A DNA stretch of 64,000 bases from Candidatus Latescibacterota bacterium (GTDB taxonomy: Bacteria > Latescibacterota > UBA2968): the NCBI GenBank assembly GCA_965204375.1, contig OZ241986.1, positions 1,376,001 to 1,440,000 on the forward strand, read 5' to 3'. Under the pieces are notes generated by a model that was not told the DNA's origin, did not search any database, and worked only from the letters and a program-made list of their open reading frames with translations. Numbering within the stretch: position 1 is the first letter of the stretch; each line of letters begins with the position of its first letter. Position numbers and translations under genes: made by a program. Below are positions 37,355-47,310 of the stretch, one piece after another.

Positions 37355-39309
37355 TCGTCCAGGCCCCAGTAGTCGGGTACGCTCAGGCCGCAGAAAATGC
37401 GACAGATCGCATCGGCGACTTTGGCCGGGTCGTGGCTGATAAAATCGCCCTCGTCGCGCTCTATGGCATCGGGATGAAATTCTTCTAAGAAGTCAGCGCG
37501 GGTCCAGGGACCGAGTGCGTCGAGCGTTTCTGTATCGGATTCAACCAGGACTTTGCCATCTTTTTTGTATTTTTTGAGCAGTGGGTGCCAGTCCTTGCTT
37601 TTGGGCGTTTGGAAAATGCGGAGGTCCTGCACCAACGTGTGATCAATGACGCCATCTCGTTGATTTTCGGGAATGTGTTTGAAGATGGATTTGAGGTGGT
37701 CAGAGGCTCTAAAATCGTCGGTTTGTCCGGGTTGTGTGACGATGTTGCATACATAGATGGTTTTGCCCTGAGCGCGTTTGATCAGTGCTTTTTGAATGTC
37801 GGGCACGAGGAGATTGGTGATGACACTTGTGTACAGGCTACCCGGTCCTATGACGACGATATCTGCATCTGCAATGGCTTGCAAAGCGCCACGCGGTGCT
37901 CTAATCTGATCTTGTTCCAGGCTCACTTTGCGCCCCTGGCGCACGCGGATTTCAACCTGTCCTGTTTCGGGATCTATGACGCGCTCGAGCGCGCTGTTTT
38001 TGCGATTGAGTTCGCGCAAGAGTGCGTCATTGGTGACGAGATACGCCCGCTCGAGTGGTGGTTTGCCGGATTTTCTGACCATCCATTCGGTATAGCGATG
38101 TTCGCCATTTGTCAGTTTGGCACAAATATCGACATTGTCGGTGCTGGCAGGGAAAACAGTGCCCTGTACGTGTAGCATGTCGCTGGCTGTTTTTATAGCC
38201 GCGTGAAAATCACCGAGTTGCTGGGTGAGTGCAGCCACGAGAAAATTGCCAATATGGTCGTTCTTAAAAATACCGGATTCTTGTTCGCTGTTGGGAAAGC
38301 GGTGTTGGAAGACGTTGAAAAGTCCCTGAGATATCTGTTCGGGATCGGCAAGTGCTGTGAGGGCATTGCGAATGTCGCCGGGGGGCTGGACTCCCAAATT
38401 CCAGCGGATACGCCCCGAGGAAGCTCCGCTATCGGTCACGGCAACGACGGCTGTTGGATGGCGGGTATAGGGCCTTAGCCCGCGCAAGACAGTGGGAAGG
38501 CCAGTGCCGCCGCCGATAACGGCAATTCTGAATCTGTCGGGGGTTTTGCCGATCCGCGAGAGGTGCAATAATGTGGATAGTTGGGCGAGATATTTGATTT
38601 CGTAGTCGGGGCGGTCGCCTATTGCGGGTGTTTCGCGGGAAAATCTTCCGCGCCGCAACCAGATTGTGGTGAGGCCTTGGCGATTGCCCGCGCGGATTTC
38701 GTCATGGGTGCGGTCGCCAACGACGATGAGTTGGTCGGGAGAGAGATTGTGGCTTTCCATGAGTTCTGAAAACCAATAGGCATGTGCAGGGGGACCTTCG
38801 TTGATGATGCGATCAAAATAAGGAGCAATGCCCAGGCATTCAATTTTGTTGCGCTGACGACGTACTCTGCCCAGTGTGACCAGAAACAGTTTATAGCCCG
38901 CGTGGCGCAATTCTTGAAGGGTGTGTAACGCATCGGGATAGGGGCGAATATCTTCTACATCTTCGGCATTGTAAACGCGCTCCATTTCTGCTACGAGGGC
39001 TTCGACCGGCTCGGCTTCCGGGTCGGTATTTTGTTTGTCGAGAAAACGTCGCACTTGGTCGGGTTTGTCTTTGAAGACAGCTTTGGCGATATCGAAAAAG
39101 GCGCAATAATAGGGCGAGGATGAATAATAAGGACCGTGTTTGCGTTCGAGCGTATTGATGCGCTGGCGTGCGTAGGCACGAGTGGCAAAAAAACCGTTTG
39201 AAAATAGAAAGGTAGCAACGCGTTGGCGCGCAGCATGTACGACGGGTGTCAGGTCAAAGAGGGTTCCGTCGAGGTCGAACACGACCGCGCGGGCATTTTC
39301 CAGAGACAC
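37351..39309 (-). CDS. HAD hydrolase fused to a YvcK/GlmR (CofD-like) UDP-GlcNAc-binding domain
   Basis: N-terminal FDLDGTL, LVTLG, VGDRTHDE. C-terminal IGGGTGL, VAVTDSGASSG, PPGDIRN, HIGNFL, GPGSLYTSVITNL, NIVTQPGQT, HDPAK. Confidence 0.9.
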   Translation of the reverse strand: MSLENARAVVFDLDGTLFDLTPVVHAARQRVATFLFSNGFFATRAYARQRINTLERKHGPYYSSSPYYCAFFDIAKAVFKDKPDQVRRFLDKQNTDPEAEPVEALVAEMERVYNAEDVEDIRPYPDALHTLQELRHAGYKLFLVTLGRVRRQRNKIECLGIAPYFDRIINEGPPAHAYWFSELMESHNLSPDQLIVVGDRTHDEIRAGNRQGLTTIWLRRGRFSRETPAIGDRPDYEIKYLAQLSTLLHLSRIGKTPDRFRIAVIGGGTGLPTVLRGLRPYTRHPTAVVAVTDSGASSGRIRWNLGVQPPGDIRNALTALADPEQISQGLFNVFQHRFPNSEQESGIFKNDHIGNFLVAALTQQLGDFHAAIKTASDMLHVQGTVFPASTDNVDICAKLTNGEHRYTEWMVRKSGKPPLERAYLVTNDALLRELNRKNSALERVIDPETGQVEIRVRQGRKVSLEQDQIRAPRGALQAIADADIVVIGPGSLYTSVITNLLVPDIQKALIKRAQGKTIYVCNIVTQPGQTDDFRASDHLKSIFKHIPENQRDGVIDHTLVQDLRIFQTPKSKDWHPLLKKYKKDGKVLVESDTETLDALGPWTRADFLEEFHPDAIERDEGDFISHDPAKVADAICRIFCGLSVPDYWGLDE

Positions 39310-39381
39310 GGCACATCTCCGCGGTTGAGTGGTGGAATCAGCGGAAAAGATAAGGACTTTTTAGGTTAAGAAAAAAAATAG

Positions 39382-40110
39382 ATGTGGGGAAGAAGAAAGA
39401 TTGTGCAAATAGTATGGAAAATTTGGAAGGCGGCGCTCAATTTTGTTTATCCGTCGTCTTGTATGATTTGCAAGGCATCGCTACCGGATTCGCCGGGGTT
39501 GTGTGATTCGTGTTGGGATGATATCGAGATTTGGGATTCTGAACTACACGCGGTGGGTTTTGAGCACGAATTTGATCAGATAGTTATTTTGTATCAATTT
39601 AATGATTGTGTTCGGTCGTTGATTCACGCGCTCAAATACCGAGGGAAAACGCTGCCTGGACAGATATTTGGCGAGGCTCTGGGGCAACGCATTGCGGACC
39701 TTGTCGAATCCGATACGGTAATTGTTCCGGTGCCTCTTCACTCTGGAAAAAAAAGAGCACGCGGCTACAATCAGAGTGAGATTATTGCACGGGCTACAGG
39801 ACGGGTATCGGGTTTACAAGTGATGGCAAACGCGCTGAAAAGAGTGCGACCAACTCCTACGCAGACGCACCTGGGGGTTTTGGAACGCGAATACAATGTA
39901 CGGGGAGCATTTCGCGTGCGTTGTCCCGCGTCTATTGAGGGGAGAAAATTTTTTTTGATTGACGATGTCATCACGACGGGTGCGACGCTCAATGCGTGTG
40001 TTCATGCGCTTAGATCTGCGGGGGCGCAATGCGTGTCTATTGGGGCTGTTGCCAGTCCCCCATTCGGTGAGGATGATCTATCTCAAGATGTAGAAAAATC
40101 GGGGTCTTGA
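39382..40110 (+). CDS. comF: ComF family protein (zinc ribbon plus PRTase domain)
   Basis: CMIC..CDSC, LIHALKY, PVPLH, RGYNQS, IDDVITTGAT. True start may be a few codons downstream. Confidence 0.9.
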   Translation: MWGRRKIVQIVWKIWKAALNFVYPSSCMICKASLPDSPGLCDSCWDDIEIWDSELHAVGFEHEFDQIVILYQFNDCVRSLIHALKYRGKTLPGQIFGEALGQRIADLVESDTVIVPVPLHSGKKRARGYNQSEIIARATGRVSGLQVMANALKRVRPTPTQTHLGVLEREYNVRGAFRVRCPASIEGRKFFLIDDVITTGATLNACVHALRSAGAQCVSIGAVASPPFGEDDLSQDVEKSGS

Positions 40111-40158
40111 CGCTGATTTTATATTTTAGTAGGCGTATCTGCGATAAATACAACGGGC

Positions 40159-40187
40159 TTGACAGGTATGTTGCAATACCTTAAACT
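40159..40187 (+). promoter_or_regulatory. sigma70-like promoter of the glycolytic operon with a palindrome in the spacer
   Basis: TTGACA (40159-40164), 17 nt, TAAACT (40182-40187); AGGTAT-N6-ATACCT at 40164-40181. Confidence 0.6.
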
Positions 40188-40257
40188 TCAGGTCTTTGAA
40201 AATCTTAAAGGGCTCAGGCGCTTATGCTCATTATAGTGATTTTGTAAGGGAGATATT

Positions 40258-41298
40258 ATGTCTGTAAAACGCGTTGGCATACTTACAGGTGGCGGCGATT
40301 GCCCAGGTCTTAATGCGGTAATCCGCGCGATTGTACGCAAAGGCATTATGGTTTATAATTATGACATGACGGGTGTGCAGGAGGGATGGCGAGGGATGCT
40401 TGAAGGGCTGTCAGTACCTCTGGATTTGGATGCTGTTTCGGGGATTTTGCCGCGCGGTGGAACAATTTTGGGATCGTCGCGGACAAATCCGTATCAAGAT
40501 GGTGCAGATGGCGGTGCGCTCGTGCGGACGGGGATGGAGAAAATGGGTTTGGACGCGCTGATTGCCATTGGGGGCGATGATACGCTTGGTGTAGCTCACC
40601 AACTCACAGATCAGGGTATCAAAGTGGTAGGTGTGCCCAAAACCATTGATAATGACCTGGATGGCACAGACCAGACCTTTGGTTTTGATACGGCGATTAA
40701 TATTGTGATGGAGGCGATTGACCGCCTGCATACAACGGCTGAATCCCACAACCGCGTGATGGTTGTCGAGGTTATGGGCCGTCACGCCGGTTGGATTGCC
40801 GTGGAGTCCGGTATTGCAGGGGGGGCGGATGTAATTCTGATCCCGGAAGTCCCGTTTGATATGGATGACGTGTGTGATACGATCAGAAAACGCCATGCCC
40901 GCGGCAAAACATTTAGTATTGTAGTCGTTGCTGAAGGGGCCAAGCTCGACGACGACAGTATGGTGTTGCAATCCCAGGAAAAAGATGCATTTGGGCATGT
41001 TCGCCTGGGGGGCATTGGCAATTTGCTGAGTGATGAAATTGAGCGGCGCACCGGATACGAAAGTCGCGCAACCGTGCTGGGACATATTCAACGCGGCGGT
41101 AGCCCCTCTGCGTATGACCGGGTGTTGGGGACGCGATTTGGAATTGCGGCAATTGATCTGATACAGGAAGGCAATTTTGGCAAGATGGTGGCGCTGCGAG
41201 GGCAAAATATTGTTGCGATTAATTTGAAAGAGGCCGTGTCGAAGTTGCGCACTGTAGATATGGGTCTTTACGATATTGCCAAAGTATTTTTCGGATAA
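40258..41298 (+). CDS. pfkA: 6-phosphofructokinase (PfkA family group III), probably PPi-dependent
   Basis: [45 protein letters not shown]. Confidence 0.93.
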   Translation: MSVKRVGILTGGGDCPGLNAVIRAIVRKGIMVYNYDMTGVQEGWRGMLEGLSVPLDLDAVSGILPRGGTILGSSRTNPYQDGADGGALVRTGMEKMGLDALIAIGGDDTLGVAHQLTDQGIKVVGVPKTIDNDLDGTDQTFGFDTAINIVMEAIDRLHTTAESHNRVMVVEVMGRHAGWIAVESGIAGGADVILIPEVPFDMDDVCDTIRKRHARGKTFSIVVVAEGAKLDDDSMVLQSQEKDAFGHVRLGGIGNLLSDEIERRTGYESRATVLGHIQRGGSPSAYDRVLGTRFGIAAIDLIQEGNFGKMVALRGQNIVAINLKEAVSKLRTVDMGLYDIAKVFFG

Positions 41299-41314
41299 TG
41301 ATTTGGAGGAAATT

Positions 41315-42346
41315 ATGGTGGGACTAAGAGTAGGAATCAATGGGTTTGGGCGGATAGGGCGGCTGGTATTTCGCGCGGCGATGGCGCGTGGTCTCAATGT
41401 GGTAGCTGTAAACGATTTGACCGATGCTGCAAGTCTGGCGCATTTGCTCAAGTACGATTCGACGCATGGACGGTATCCGGGGTGTGTTAAACATCGGGAA
41501 AACGGCGTGCAAGTTGAAAAATCATCGGTTGACGCGCTTGTGGTAGATGGCAAAATGGTAGCTGTTTTGTCCGAACGCGATCCGGCACAGTTGCCATGGA
41601 GGTCATTGGGTGTGGATGTGGTGATTGAATCGACGGGCTTTTTTACCGATAAAGAGTCAGCGAGTGCCCATTTGGGAGAAAAAGGTGCAAAGAAAGTGAT
41701 TATTTCTGCGCCTGCCAAAGGGGATTTACCCACTGTGGTAATGGGAATTAATGACGATGTTTTACAAAAAGACGATACGGTTATTTCCAATGCCTCGTGT
41801 ACGACCAACTGTCTGGCACCTATGGTGAGTGTGTTGCACGATTCTTTTGGCGTTGTACACGGGCTTATGACCACTATCCATTCTTATACGGGTGATCAGA
41901 GTCTTATCGATGCGCCCCATTCGGATATGCGCCGTGCGCGGTCTGCTGCTCTGTCGATGATTCCGACGACAACAGGCGCAGCGAGTGCAGTGGGTCTGGT
42001 TATTCCCGAACTAAATGGCAAACTCGATGGCATGGCCGTGCGCGTTCCCACACCAGATGGTTCATTTACCGATTTTGTCGCAGTGCTGAAAAAAGAGGTG
42101 ACTGCAGAAGAGGTGAATAATGCCTTTGAGTGTGCAGCGCATGGGCGTTTGAAAGGGATTCTGGAATATACCGATGATCCCATTGTTTCTGCTGACATCC
42201 TGGGGAATGCCCATTCTTGTATTTTCGATTCGATGATTACGACAGTGATGTCGGGCAATATGGTGAAGGTATGTGGATGGTACGACAATGAGTGGGGGTA
42301 TTCCAATCGGTGTGTGGATTTGATCGCGAAGTTGGCGGAGATGTAA
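41315..42346 (+). CDS. gap: Glyceraldehyde-3-phosphate dehydrogenase
   Basis: [31 protein letters not shown]; ATG 41315 behind GGAGG. Confidence 0.97.
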   Translation: MVGLRVGINGFGRIGRLVFRAAMARGLNVVAVNDLTDAASLAHLLKYDSTHGRYPGCVKHRENGVQVEKSSVDALVVDGKMVAVLSERDPAQLPWRSLGVDVVIESTGFFTDKESASAHLGEKGAKKVIISAPAKGDLPTVVMGINDDVLQKDDTVISNASCTTNCLAPMVSVLHDSFGVVHGLMTTIHSYTGDQSLIDAPHSDMRRARSAALSMIPTTTGAASAVGLVIPELNGKLDGMAVRVPTPDGSFTDFVAVLKKEVTAEEVNNAFECAAHGRLKGILEYTDDPIVSADILGNAHSCIFDSMITTVMSGNMVKVCGWYDNEWGYSNRCVDLIAKLAEM

Positions 42347-42382
42347 AATAGTCGCTGATTCTGACTTTTGAGAGGCGATAGC

Positions 42383-43591
42383 GTGGCGAAGTTGTCGATT
42401 ACAGACCTGGATTTGAGAGATAAACGCGTTCTGGTGCGCGTTGATTTTAATGTGCCCATTGAAGATGGGCAGGTCGCGGATGACACGCGCTTGCGGGCTT
42501 CTTTACCTACGATCAGGTACATTTTGGATGCGGGGGGGCAACCCGTGTTGATGTCGCATTTGGGGCGTCCCGAGGGCGCAGTTGTGCCCGAGTTATCGCT
42601 TAAATCCGTGGCAGAAGCCCTCCAGGTGCTGCTGGGGCGCGAAGTGTTTCTATCGCCAGACTGCGTGGGGGAGGAAACAAGCTCACTGGTGAAACGCGCG
42701 CCCGAAGGATCGGTTGTGTTGCTCGAAAATTTGCGATTTCACGCTGACGAAGAAAAAAATGCCCCGGGTTTTGCCACACAGCTATCGGAATTGGGCGATG
42801 TGTATGTCAACGATGCCTTTGGCAGTGCCCATCGCGCGCATGCCTCTACTGAGGGCGTTACCCATTATTTTGTTGAGTGTGCTACGGGTTTGTTGATGCA
42901 GAAAGAATTGGAGTATTTGGGCACGGCGTTGGCCGATCCAGCGCGTCCTTATGTCGCGATTATGGGCGGGGCAAAAATTTCCGGTAAAATTGATGTGATT
43001 GAAAATTTGTTTTCAAAAGTGGATACCCTGCTTATTGGCGGTGGTATGGCGTTTACGTTTTTTAAGGCGATGGGCCTGGAAATTGGGAAGTCGTTGTTGG
43101 AGGAAGACCGCGTTGGGGTCGCTGCCCATTTGCTCAAGCGTGCAGAGGTCGAAGGTGTAGATCTGATATTGCCAACCGATACGGTTGTGGCGGCAGAGAT
43201 GACAGAGGGGATACCCGCTCAGATTGTGCCGCGAGATCAAATTCCAGCAGATTTGGAGGGGTTTGATATCGGAATCGAGACGCGGAAGCGATTTGCCGAT
43301 GTGGTTTTGAGTGCCAAAACAGTGGTGTGGAATGGTCCTCTGGGCGTGTGCGAGATTTTCTCGTTTTCAAAGGGGTCGCGTGCGGTTGCTAAAGCACTGG
43401 TTACGGCAACTGAGCGCGGTGCAACGACGGTTGTTGGCGGGGGAGAAACTGCTGCTGCGATGGCAGATTTTGGCGTGGCGGAAAAATTGAGCCATGTCTC
43501 GACCGGGGGTGGGGCTTCGCTGGAGTTTTTAGAAGGCCAAACACTGCCCGGTGTGGCGGCACTTTCGGATAGGGAAGAGGAGACGAATTAA
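42383..43591 (+). CDS. pgk: Phosphoglycerate kinase
   Basis: RVDFNVP, SHLGRP, LENLRF, NDAFGSAHRAHAS, HVSTGGGASLEFLEG; GTG start at 42383. Confidence 0.97.
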   Translation: MAKLSITDLDLRDKRVLVRVDFNVPIEDGQVADDTRLRASLPTIRYILDAGGQPVLMSHLGRPEGAVVPELSLKSVAEALQVLLGREVFLSPDCVGEETSSLVKRAPEGSVVLLENLRFHADEEKNAPGFATQLSELGDVYVNDAFGSAHRAHASTEGVTHYFVECATGLLMQKELEYLGTALADPARPYVAIMGGAKISGKIDVIENLFSKVDTLLIGGGMAFTFFKAMGLEIGKSLLEEDRVGVAAHLLKRAEVEGVDLILPTDTVVAAEMTEGIPAQIVPRDQIPADLEGFDIGIETRKRFADVVLSAKTVVWNGPLGVCEIFSFSKGSRAVAKALVTATERGATTVVGGGETAAAMADFGVAEKLSHVSTGGGASLEFLEGQTLPGVAALSDREEETN

Positions 43592-43625
43592 AAATTAAGA
43601 GAGTCAGATGGCTGGGACTGAGGGA

Positions 43626-43653
43626 ACTGACAACTGACTACTGGCTACTGACA
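43626..43653. repeat. Four tandem heptamers (ACTGACA/ACTGACT/ACTGGCT/ACTGACA) between pgk and tpiA
   Basis: Read directly from the sequence. Confidence 0.8.
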
Positions 43654-43670
43654 ACCGAAAGGAAGTTGTA

Positions 43671-44426
43671 ATGAGAACGCCGTTTGTGGCGGGAAATTGG
43701 AAGCTCAATAAAACACCTGATGAGGCAGAAATACTTGCGCGATGCGTGGTGGATGCGGTTTCGGATGTGACGGGTGTAGATGTGGCAATATGTCCGCCTT
43801 TTACGGCGCTGGAACGGGTTTCAAGTGTGGTGTGCTGCACTGGTATAGGGCTGGGTGCTCAGAATATGTACTGGGAGGCTGAAGGTGCTTTTACGGGTGA
43901 GGTTTCGGCTCCCATGCTGTTGACTTGCGGTTGTGAATACGTTATATTAGGACACTCTGAAAGACGGCAGTTTTTTGGCGAAACAGATGATAGTGTCAAC
44001 CGCCGCTTAAAGGCTGCTCTGAGTGCTGGATTGAAGCCCATTGTGTGTATTGGCGAGTCTTTTGATGAGCGTCAGGCCGATGTGACCGAGCAGGTGGTTG
44101 AGACGCAAACACGGGGTGCTCTCAATGGCATTTCCGCTGGCGATGTGCGGGGGATTACTCTGGCTTATGAGCCTGTTTGGGCCATTGGCACGGGGCTGAC
44201 AGCGACGCCAGAACAGGCAGAGGCTGTCCATGCGTTTCTCCGGCAGGTATTGGCGCAAATTTATGACTACGATGTCGCGCAGGCGGTTCGCATACAATAC
44301 GGTGGGTCTGTGAAGCCAGATAATGCGGCGGAGTTGTTTGATCAGGACAATATCGACGGTGGATTGATCGGCGGGGCTTCGCTGGAAGCTGAGGATTTTG
44401 CTGCTATTGTAAAAGCGGCTATATAG
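43671..44426 (+). CDS. tpiA: Triosephosphate isomerase
   Basis: AGNWK, GHSERR, AYEPVWAIGTG, YGGSV, LIGGASL. Confidence 0.97.
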   Translation: MRTPFVAGNWKLNKTPDEAEILARCVVDAVSDVTGVDVAICPPFTALERVSSVVCCTGIGLGAQNMYWEAEGAFTGEVSAPMLLTCGCEYVILGHSERRQFFGETDDSVNRRLKAALSAGLKPIVCIGESFDERQADVTEQVVETQTRGALNGISAGDVRGITLAYEPVWAIGTGLTATPEQAEAVHAFLRQVLAQIYDYDVAQAVRIQYGGSVKPDNAAELFDQDNIDGGLIGGASLEAEDFAAIVKAAI

Positions 44427-44434
44427 AGGGCGAT

Positions 44435-44824
44435 ATGGAAATTTTTCTTTTGATTGTTCATGTGATAGTTTGTGCGGTACTCATTCTGGTTATTTTGATG
44501 CAGCCCGGCAGAAGTGGTGGGTTGTCCGGCGGTGCTTTTGGCGGTATGGGCGGTGGCACATCGATGTTTGGCGGTGGTGGTGCCGTGCCTATGTTGGCAA
44601 AAGTGACGACGTATGTGGGGATTATTTTTGCGCTGACATGTATCGGGCTTTGGTACGCGGGACGTTCGACAGATTCTGTACCGTCAACGGCTGCTGAGCG
44701 ATTAATGGAAGAAGGGCAGATGCCCATGCAGCAAATTCCTCAACCTTTGACCTTTCCGGAAACCACACCCACTGAAGGAACAACCCAAACAGCACCGGCC
44801 GATACCGGCAGTACCACGCCGTAG
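44435..44824 (+). CDS. secG: Preprotein translocase subunit SecG
   Basis: Two TM segments, ILMQ..GGLSGGAFGG linker, conserved position between tpiA and tRNA-Leu. Confidence 0.9.
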   Translation: MEIFLLIVHVIVCAVLILVILMQPGRSGGLSGGAFGGMGGGTSMFGGGGAVPMLAKVTTYVGIIFALTCIGLWYAGRSTDSVPSTAAERLMEEGQMPMQQIPQPLTFPETTPTEGTTQTAPADTGSTTP

Positions 44825-44831
44825 ATTTTGT

Positions 44832-44918
44832 GCCGAAGTGGTGGAATTGGTAGACACGCTGTCTTGAGGGGGCAGTACTCGAAAGGGTGTAGGGGTTCGA
44901 ATCCCCTCTTCGGCACCA
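44832..44918 (+). tRNA. tRNA-Leu (anticodon GAG), long variable arm, encoded CCA
   Basis: GCCGAAG/CTTCGGC acceptor stem, anticodon arm CTGTC-TTGAGGG-GGCAG, GGTTCGAATCC T-loop, ends ACCA. Confidence 0.96.
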
Positions 44919-44927
44919 CATAAAAGC

Positions 44928-44960
44928 AAGGGCTTGTGATATGGATCGCAAGCCCTTTTT
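44928..44960 (+). terminator. Rho-independent terminator after tRNA-Leu
   Basis: AAGGGCTTGTGAT-ATGG-ATCGCAAGCCCTT followed by a T run. Confidence 0.85.
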
Positions 44961-44982
44961 CTGTCAATAGGAGTAAGATGCC

Positions 44983-46572
44983 ATGTGTAGGCATATCCTC
45001 GCCTTGCTATTCATCGTGCTTCTGATCCAACCTCTTCGGGCCAATGTCGCGTTAGAACAAGTCCCCAGTCCAGATTTTGATAATAGTGGCGTGGTTGATT
45101 TTCCCGACTTTTTGCTATTTGTGGCCAAGTTTGGAGCGCGTCAGAGCGATGAGAAGTACGAAGATCGTTTTGATCTGGATGGCGATGGAGAGATCGGGTT
45201 CAGCGATTTTTTGCGTTTTGCCGCAAATTTTGGCAAAACAGTCGCGTCAAATGGGGGGGCGACCCCAACAGTAGATAATAGGAAAATTCTCGGCTCGTTA
45301 TTTATCTCTAAGGTATGGGCTGGACATCCCGTTAGTTTTGACCTGTTGACTTATGGCAATGTACAATTTGTCGCGTTTTACGATGCCGACCGCAAAATGA
45401 CGGTGGGGATGAGAAATTTAGATGCAGAGATGTGGACATTTGAACAGCCCAAAGGTGTATGGCTGGAAAATCGAGGCCGACTGTCTTCGGAAACCGGATG
45501 GGACACCCACAATTATCTGACCATGGCCATTGATACCGACGATCACATTCATCTGAGCGGCAATATGCATGTGGATCCGCTGATTTACTTTCGCACAACG
45601 CGGCCACTCGATGTGACGAGTTTTGAACGCATTGATTCTATGGTGGGGGAAAATGAGGATCGCTGTACTTATCCCGTGTTTATGCGCGGTCCCAATAATG
45701 AATTGATTTTCAGGTATCGAGACGGCAGTAGTGGCAATGCTGTTGAATTTTACAATATCTACGATGTTGAGACCAGAACATGGCGAAGATTGCACGATAC
45801 GCCGTTATTGGATGGGTTAGGGCGGATGAATGCGTACGCACGCAGCCCCCAGAAAGGTCCCGATGGGATGTTCCACATGATCTGGATGTGGCGCGATACA
45901 CCCGATGCTGCGACCAATCACGATATCTCCTATGCCCGCAGCCGTGACCTGGTCGCCTGGGAAACGGGTGGCGGCGATGCGCTGGAGTTACCGATTACAA
46001 TAGAAAGCGGTGCTATCGTCGATCCCGTGCCGCCGAGGGGGGGGATGATCAATATGACGCAGTCGCTGGGATTTGATCATCAGAAACGCCCGGTGATTAG
46101 TTATCACAAGCACGACGAAAATGGATACACGCAAGCCTATTGTGCGCGATTGGAATACGGCGAATGGGTCGTGTACAAGGTGAGCAATTGGACCTATCGG
46201 TGGGAATTTGGAGGGGGCGGATCAATTGTCGCAGAGATTCGGTTGGGCAGTGTAAAGGTAGAATCCGATGGAGGTCTGAGTATGAGCTATATACATGTGA
46301 AAGAAGGACGGGGAATCTGGAAGTTGGATCCCCAAAGTCTGCAAGTGATCGGGACGTATCCGCCGCCCCCGAGTGCGATACCCGGAGAATTGGCGCGTGT
46401 GACTTCTCAATACCCGGGGATGAGGATCAACACGCGCTGGGCGCGGGGGGCGGGCACAAGACCCGGTGAACTATATCTCTTGCGCTGGGAAACGCTGGGG
46501 CGCAATCGGGACCTCCCACGAGAGGAGATTCCACCGCCGAGTGACTTGAGACTTTATATTCTTCCAAAATGA
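44983..46572 (+). CDS. Secreted protein: EF-hand/dockerin-like pair plus BNR-4 repeat beta-propeller (possible polysaccharide lyase/glycosidase)
   Basis: Signal peptide; DFDNSGVVDFPDF and DLDGDGEIGFSDF; WDTHNY, HLSGNMHV, TYPVF, YRDGSSG, NHDISYARSRDLVAW. Confidence 0.8.
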   Translation: MCRHILALLFIVLLIQPLRANVALEQVPSPDFDNSGVVDFPDFLLFVAKFGARQSDEKYEDRFDLDGDGEIGFSDFLRFAANFGKTVASNGGATPTVDNRKILGSLFISKVWAGHPVSFDLLTYGNVQFVAFYDADRKMTVGMRNLDAEMWTFEQPKGVWLENRGRLSSETGWDTHNYLTMAIDTDDHIHLSGNMHVDPLIYFRTTRPLDVTSFERIDSMVGENEDRCTYPVFMRGPNNELIFRYRDGSSGNAVEFYNIYDVETRTWRRLHDTPLLDGLGRMNAYARSPQKGPDGMFHMIWMWRDTPDAATNHDISYARSRDLVAWETGGGDALELPITIESGAIVDPVPPRGGMINMTQSLGFDHQKRPVISYHKHDENGYTQAYCARLEYGEWVVYKVSNWTYRWEFGGGGSIVAEIRLGSVKVESDGGLSMSYIHVKEGRGIWKLDPQSLQVIGTYPPPPSAIPGELARVTSQYPGMRINTRWARGAGTRPGELYLLRWETLGRNRDLPREEIPPPSDLRLYILPK

Positions 46573-46640
46573 AGATTGAGTTGTAAAAGCTCATTGGTTG
46601 CGTATATTTCAGTGTGTACAACCTCAACGGAGAAGGCTTT

Positions 46641-47129
46641 ATGAAACGGCTCTATCTCGTGCGACACGCCAAGTCGGATTGGAGCAATTTCGGATTGGCT
46701 GATTTTGATCGGCCCCTGAACAAGCGCGGAAAAAGGGATGTGCCGCGCATGGGCAAATATCTGAAGCGGGTATGGAAGGTCAAGCCAGATTACGTGTTGT
46801 GCAGCACGGCCAAGCGCGTGCGATCTACGGTCAAGCGGTTGCGCAAATCTCTCAAGTTTTCCAAAAAACGGATTGCATGGCACGAGCGCATTTATTCGGG
46901 ACATAGTGGGGATGTGTTAGATCTGATTCGACAGGTCGATAATCGGTATCGGGAGGTTATGGTGATAGGACACAACCCGGATATGACCGTATTGGTCAAT
47001 GAAATAGCGGGATCTACTATTGCCAATGTGCCGACGTGTGGTGTCGCAGGTATTGATCTGCCGATTGATGATTGGTCAGATGCGGTGTCGGGAGATCTGG
47101 TGTTTTTTGAGGTGCCCAAGTCGATTTGA
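46641..47129 (+). CDS. SixA-type histidine phosphatase
   Basis: LYLVRHAKSDW, DFDRPLNKRG, STAKR, IGHNP; ATG 46641. Confidence 0.9.
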   Translation: MKRLYLVRHAKSDWSNFGLADFDRPLNKRGKRDVPRMGKYLKRVWKVKPDYVLCSTAKRVRSTVKRLRKSLKFSKKRIAWHERIYSGHSGDVLDLIRQVDNRYREVMVIGHNPDMTVLVNEIAGSTIANVPTCGVAGIDLPIDDWSDAVSGDLVFFEVPKSI

Positions 47130-47202
47130 CGTGGCTGTAACTTACCCGAAACTCAATTGTCACAGAAGGCGAGTATTTTCTCGCATCAGTCAGCTTCCGC
47201 GT

Positions 47203-47244
47203 GGGGGTCGGTTCTTTACTTGAGAATCGGCCCTCGATTTTTTT
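47203..47244 (+). terminator. Probable terminator downstream of the SixA-type gene
   Basis: GGGGGTCGGTTCT-TTACTTG-AGAATCGGCCCTC then GATTTTTTT. Confidence 0.6.
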
Positions 47245-47268
47245 GGTGGTTAGCCCGCGTTTGAATAT

Positions 47269-47310
47269 AAAAAGCCGACGCCTAATTTTGACGTCGGCTT
47301 CTCTTTTTTT
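47269..47310. terminator. Bidirectional terminator between convergent genes
   Basis: AAAAAGCCGACG...CGTCGGCTT-CTCTTTTTTT. Confidence 0.75.

Noticed and set aside
41480-41550. ~10-aa insertion in GAPDH (GVQVEKSSV) and PGK variants (GGGET, GVCE)
   Set aside because: Surface-loop indel and conservative substitutions; catalytic motifs intact.
40411-41874. 487-aa antisense ORF over pfk/gap, and other long antisense ORFs (3865-4815, 19127-20236, 58955-60025, 55689-56573)
   Set aside because: Shadow frames of well-supported genes; no motifs or RBS.
44832-46572. Genomic island integrated at tRNA-Leu
   Set aside because: No integrase and no duplicated tRNA 3' end found in the window.
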